A stretch of DNA of 64,000 nt, taken from an uncultured Azospirillum sp. Its GTDB lineage: Bacteria; Pseudomonadota; Alphaproteobacteria; RF32; CAG-239. The position numbers and the translations under genes were made by a program. A model generated the notes under the pieces. It saw nothing but the letters and a program-made list of their open reading frames with translations. It ran no database searches and was not told the DNA's origin. The stretch spans positions 7,172 to 71,171 of the forward strand of contig UQCS01000003.1 of NCBI GenBank assembly GCA_900539605.1, written 5' to 3'. Below, piece after piece: positions 62,921 through 64,000 of the stretch; position 1 is the first letter of the stretch, and every line of letters begins with the position of its first letter.

Positions 62921-64000
62921 TACTCCGCTCCGAACAAAAGATATTTGACGTTACTCATAATCCGTCCCCAAAATCCCAGTTTGCGCACACTGTGATCAGC
63001 ATACAGAGGAATAATTTTGGTCTCGCCGTCGGGAATTTCGATTTTGACTTCGCCCAACCGGTCACCCTGACTGATCGGTGCTTTAACCGGCTTATCATAG
63101 ACAGCAGTAAGTTTAACCTCCCGGGCTTTGCTGCGGGCAAGCGTCAGAACAACATCTTCATTGACAATCAAGTCAATTTTTTTCTCTTCTCCCATATAAA
63201 CCGGTGCCGCAACAATCCGTTGAAACTGCTTGAACACTTTGTAGTTGTCAAACTCACGAAATCCCCAGCTCATCAGTTTTTCGGCTTCTTCCGAACGTTC
63301 CTTGTTGCTCTTCATTCCGGTCATAACCCCGATCAGACGGCGTTCGCCGCGCTTGACCGAAGCCGTCAGACAAAAGCCGGCCTCAGCCGTATGTCCGGTT
63401 TTCAGACCGTCCGCATCCGGCATGCTGTAAAGCAAGGGGTTACGGTTGCCTTGAACAATGTTATGGTAAGTAAAACTTTTTTGCGCAAACACCGGATAAT
63501 ATTCCGGAAAATCCTGAATAAGCGCACGCGCCAGCTTGGCCAAATCCTCGGCCGACATACGGTGGTCGGGATGCGGCAGACCGGTAGAATTAACGAAATG
63601 CGAGTTTTTCAACCCCAGTTCTTTGGCTTTTGCGTTCATCAAAGCGGCAAAATTTTCTTCCGAACCGGCAATATTCTCGGCCGCCGTGATACAGGCGTCG
63701 TTACCCGATTGAATGATAATACCCTTGATCAGGTTCTCGACCGTAACCTTATCACCCACCGGCAAAAACATGGTCGAACTGCCGCTGGCCGCACCGCCGG
63801 TACGCCAGGCATTTTCACTGACCGTGAACACGTCTTCCAGTGACAACGAACCGTTTTTCAGCTTGTCAAACAAAATATAAACCGTCATCAGCTTGCTCAT
63901 CGAAGCTGGTGCCACCGGTACAAAAGCATTTTCGGTATAAAGATATTCGCCGGTGTCATAATCCATCAAAATCACGTTTTTGGCTTTGGTTTCCATCGCT
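62920..64000 (-). CDS. D-alanyl-D-alanine carboxypeptidase (S11, DacA/PBP5-like); 5' end beyond the right edge
   Basis: It has ASMSKLMT (SxxK), SGNDA (SxN), LKTGHT (KTG) and a C-terminal beta-sandwich domain. The frame stays open to position 64000 and no signal peptide is seen, so the N-terminus is outside the window. Confidence 0.85.
   Translation of the reverse strand, partial: AMETKAKNVILMDYDTGEYLYTENAFVPVAPASMSKLMTVYILFDKLKNGSLSLEDVFTVSENAWRTGGAASGSSTMFLPVGDKVTVENLIKGIIIQSGNDACITAAENIAGSEENFAALMNAKAKELGLKNSHFVNSTGLPHPDHRMSAEDLAKLARALIQDFPEYYPVFAQKSFTYHNIVQGNRNPLLYSMPDADGLKTGHTAEAGFCLTASVKRGERRLIGVMTGMKSNKERSEEAEKLMSWGFREFDNYKVFKQFQRIVAAPVYMGEEKKIDLIVNEDVVLTLARSKAREVKLTAVYDKPVKAPISQGDRLGEVKIEIPDGETKIIPLYADHSVRKLGFWGRIMSNVKYLLFGAE

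Noticed and set aside
62992-63843. 283-aa plus-strand ORF
   Set aside because: It is antisense to the DacA-like carboxypeptidase.
1-64000. Prophage, IS element, integrative element or defence island (restriction-modification, toxin-antitoxin, CBASS-like and similar)
   Set aside because: No integrase, transposase, recombinase, phage structural, restriction, methylase or Cas-like ORF is recognisable in any frame. The only mobility-like trace is the tRNA-Pro duplication, reported separately.

Overview
This looks like a 64-kb chromosomal segment of an Alphaproteobacterium. The lineage markers are a circularly permuted two-piece tmRNA gene, alpha-type SspB, CckA, HdaA, MipZ, GcrA and an lpxA-lpxI-lpxB arrangement. 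I cannot place it more precisely from sequence alone. Coding density is high, with about 62 protein genes, one tRNA-Pro(UGG) and one tmRNA. I saw no rRNA, CRISPR array, IS element, transposase, integrase or prophage genes.

Most of the window is conserved housekeeping:
- translation, nucleotide and transport genes: alaS, map, radC, thyA-folA, pgm, nhaA, trkH
- the era-rnc-lepB-acpS-DUF2062-spoT-rpoZ block
- the lpxA/I/B block
- the tmk-holB-tatD-MBL block
- two DD-carboxypeptidases

The main accessory part is a roughly 12.6-kb block (31355-43947) between anmK and era that looks AT-richer by eye. It carries:
- two GT2 glycosyltransferases
- two tandem paralogous GT-B-like genes
- a ferredoxin/FrhB-like/pyruvyl-transferase fusion
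- a CgeB-like transferase coupled to a protein with a ParB/Srx-like GHHR motif
- a trio of G1P-dehydrogenase-like, MtnX-like HAD and small cytidylyltransferase genes, which suggests synthesis of a CDP-activated glycerol phosphate

No flippase, polymerase, ABC exporter or priming transferase is visible in the window. This is my best candidate for an uncharacterised system.

Other notable items:
- a 1128-aa autotransporter with about 12 chlamydial-Pmp-type GGA[IV]/FxxN repeats and a (PDV)6 linker
- a scar next to tRNA-Pro where the tRNA 3' half plus its terminator is duplicated and tRNA fragments are scrambled
- an orphan secreted HExxH protein
- several proteins with unusual charged tails

All functional calls come from reading the translated ORFs and from motif recognition. 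No database search was run.
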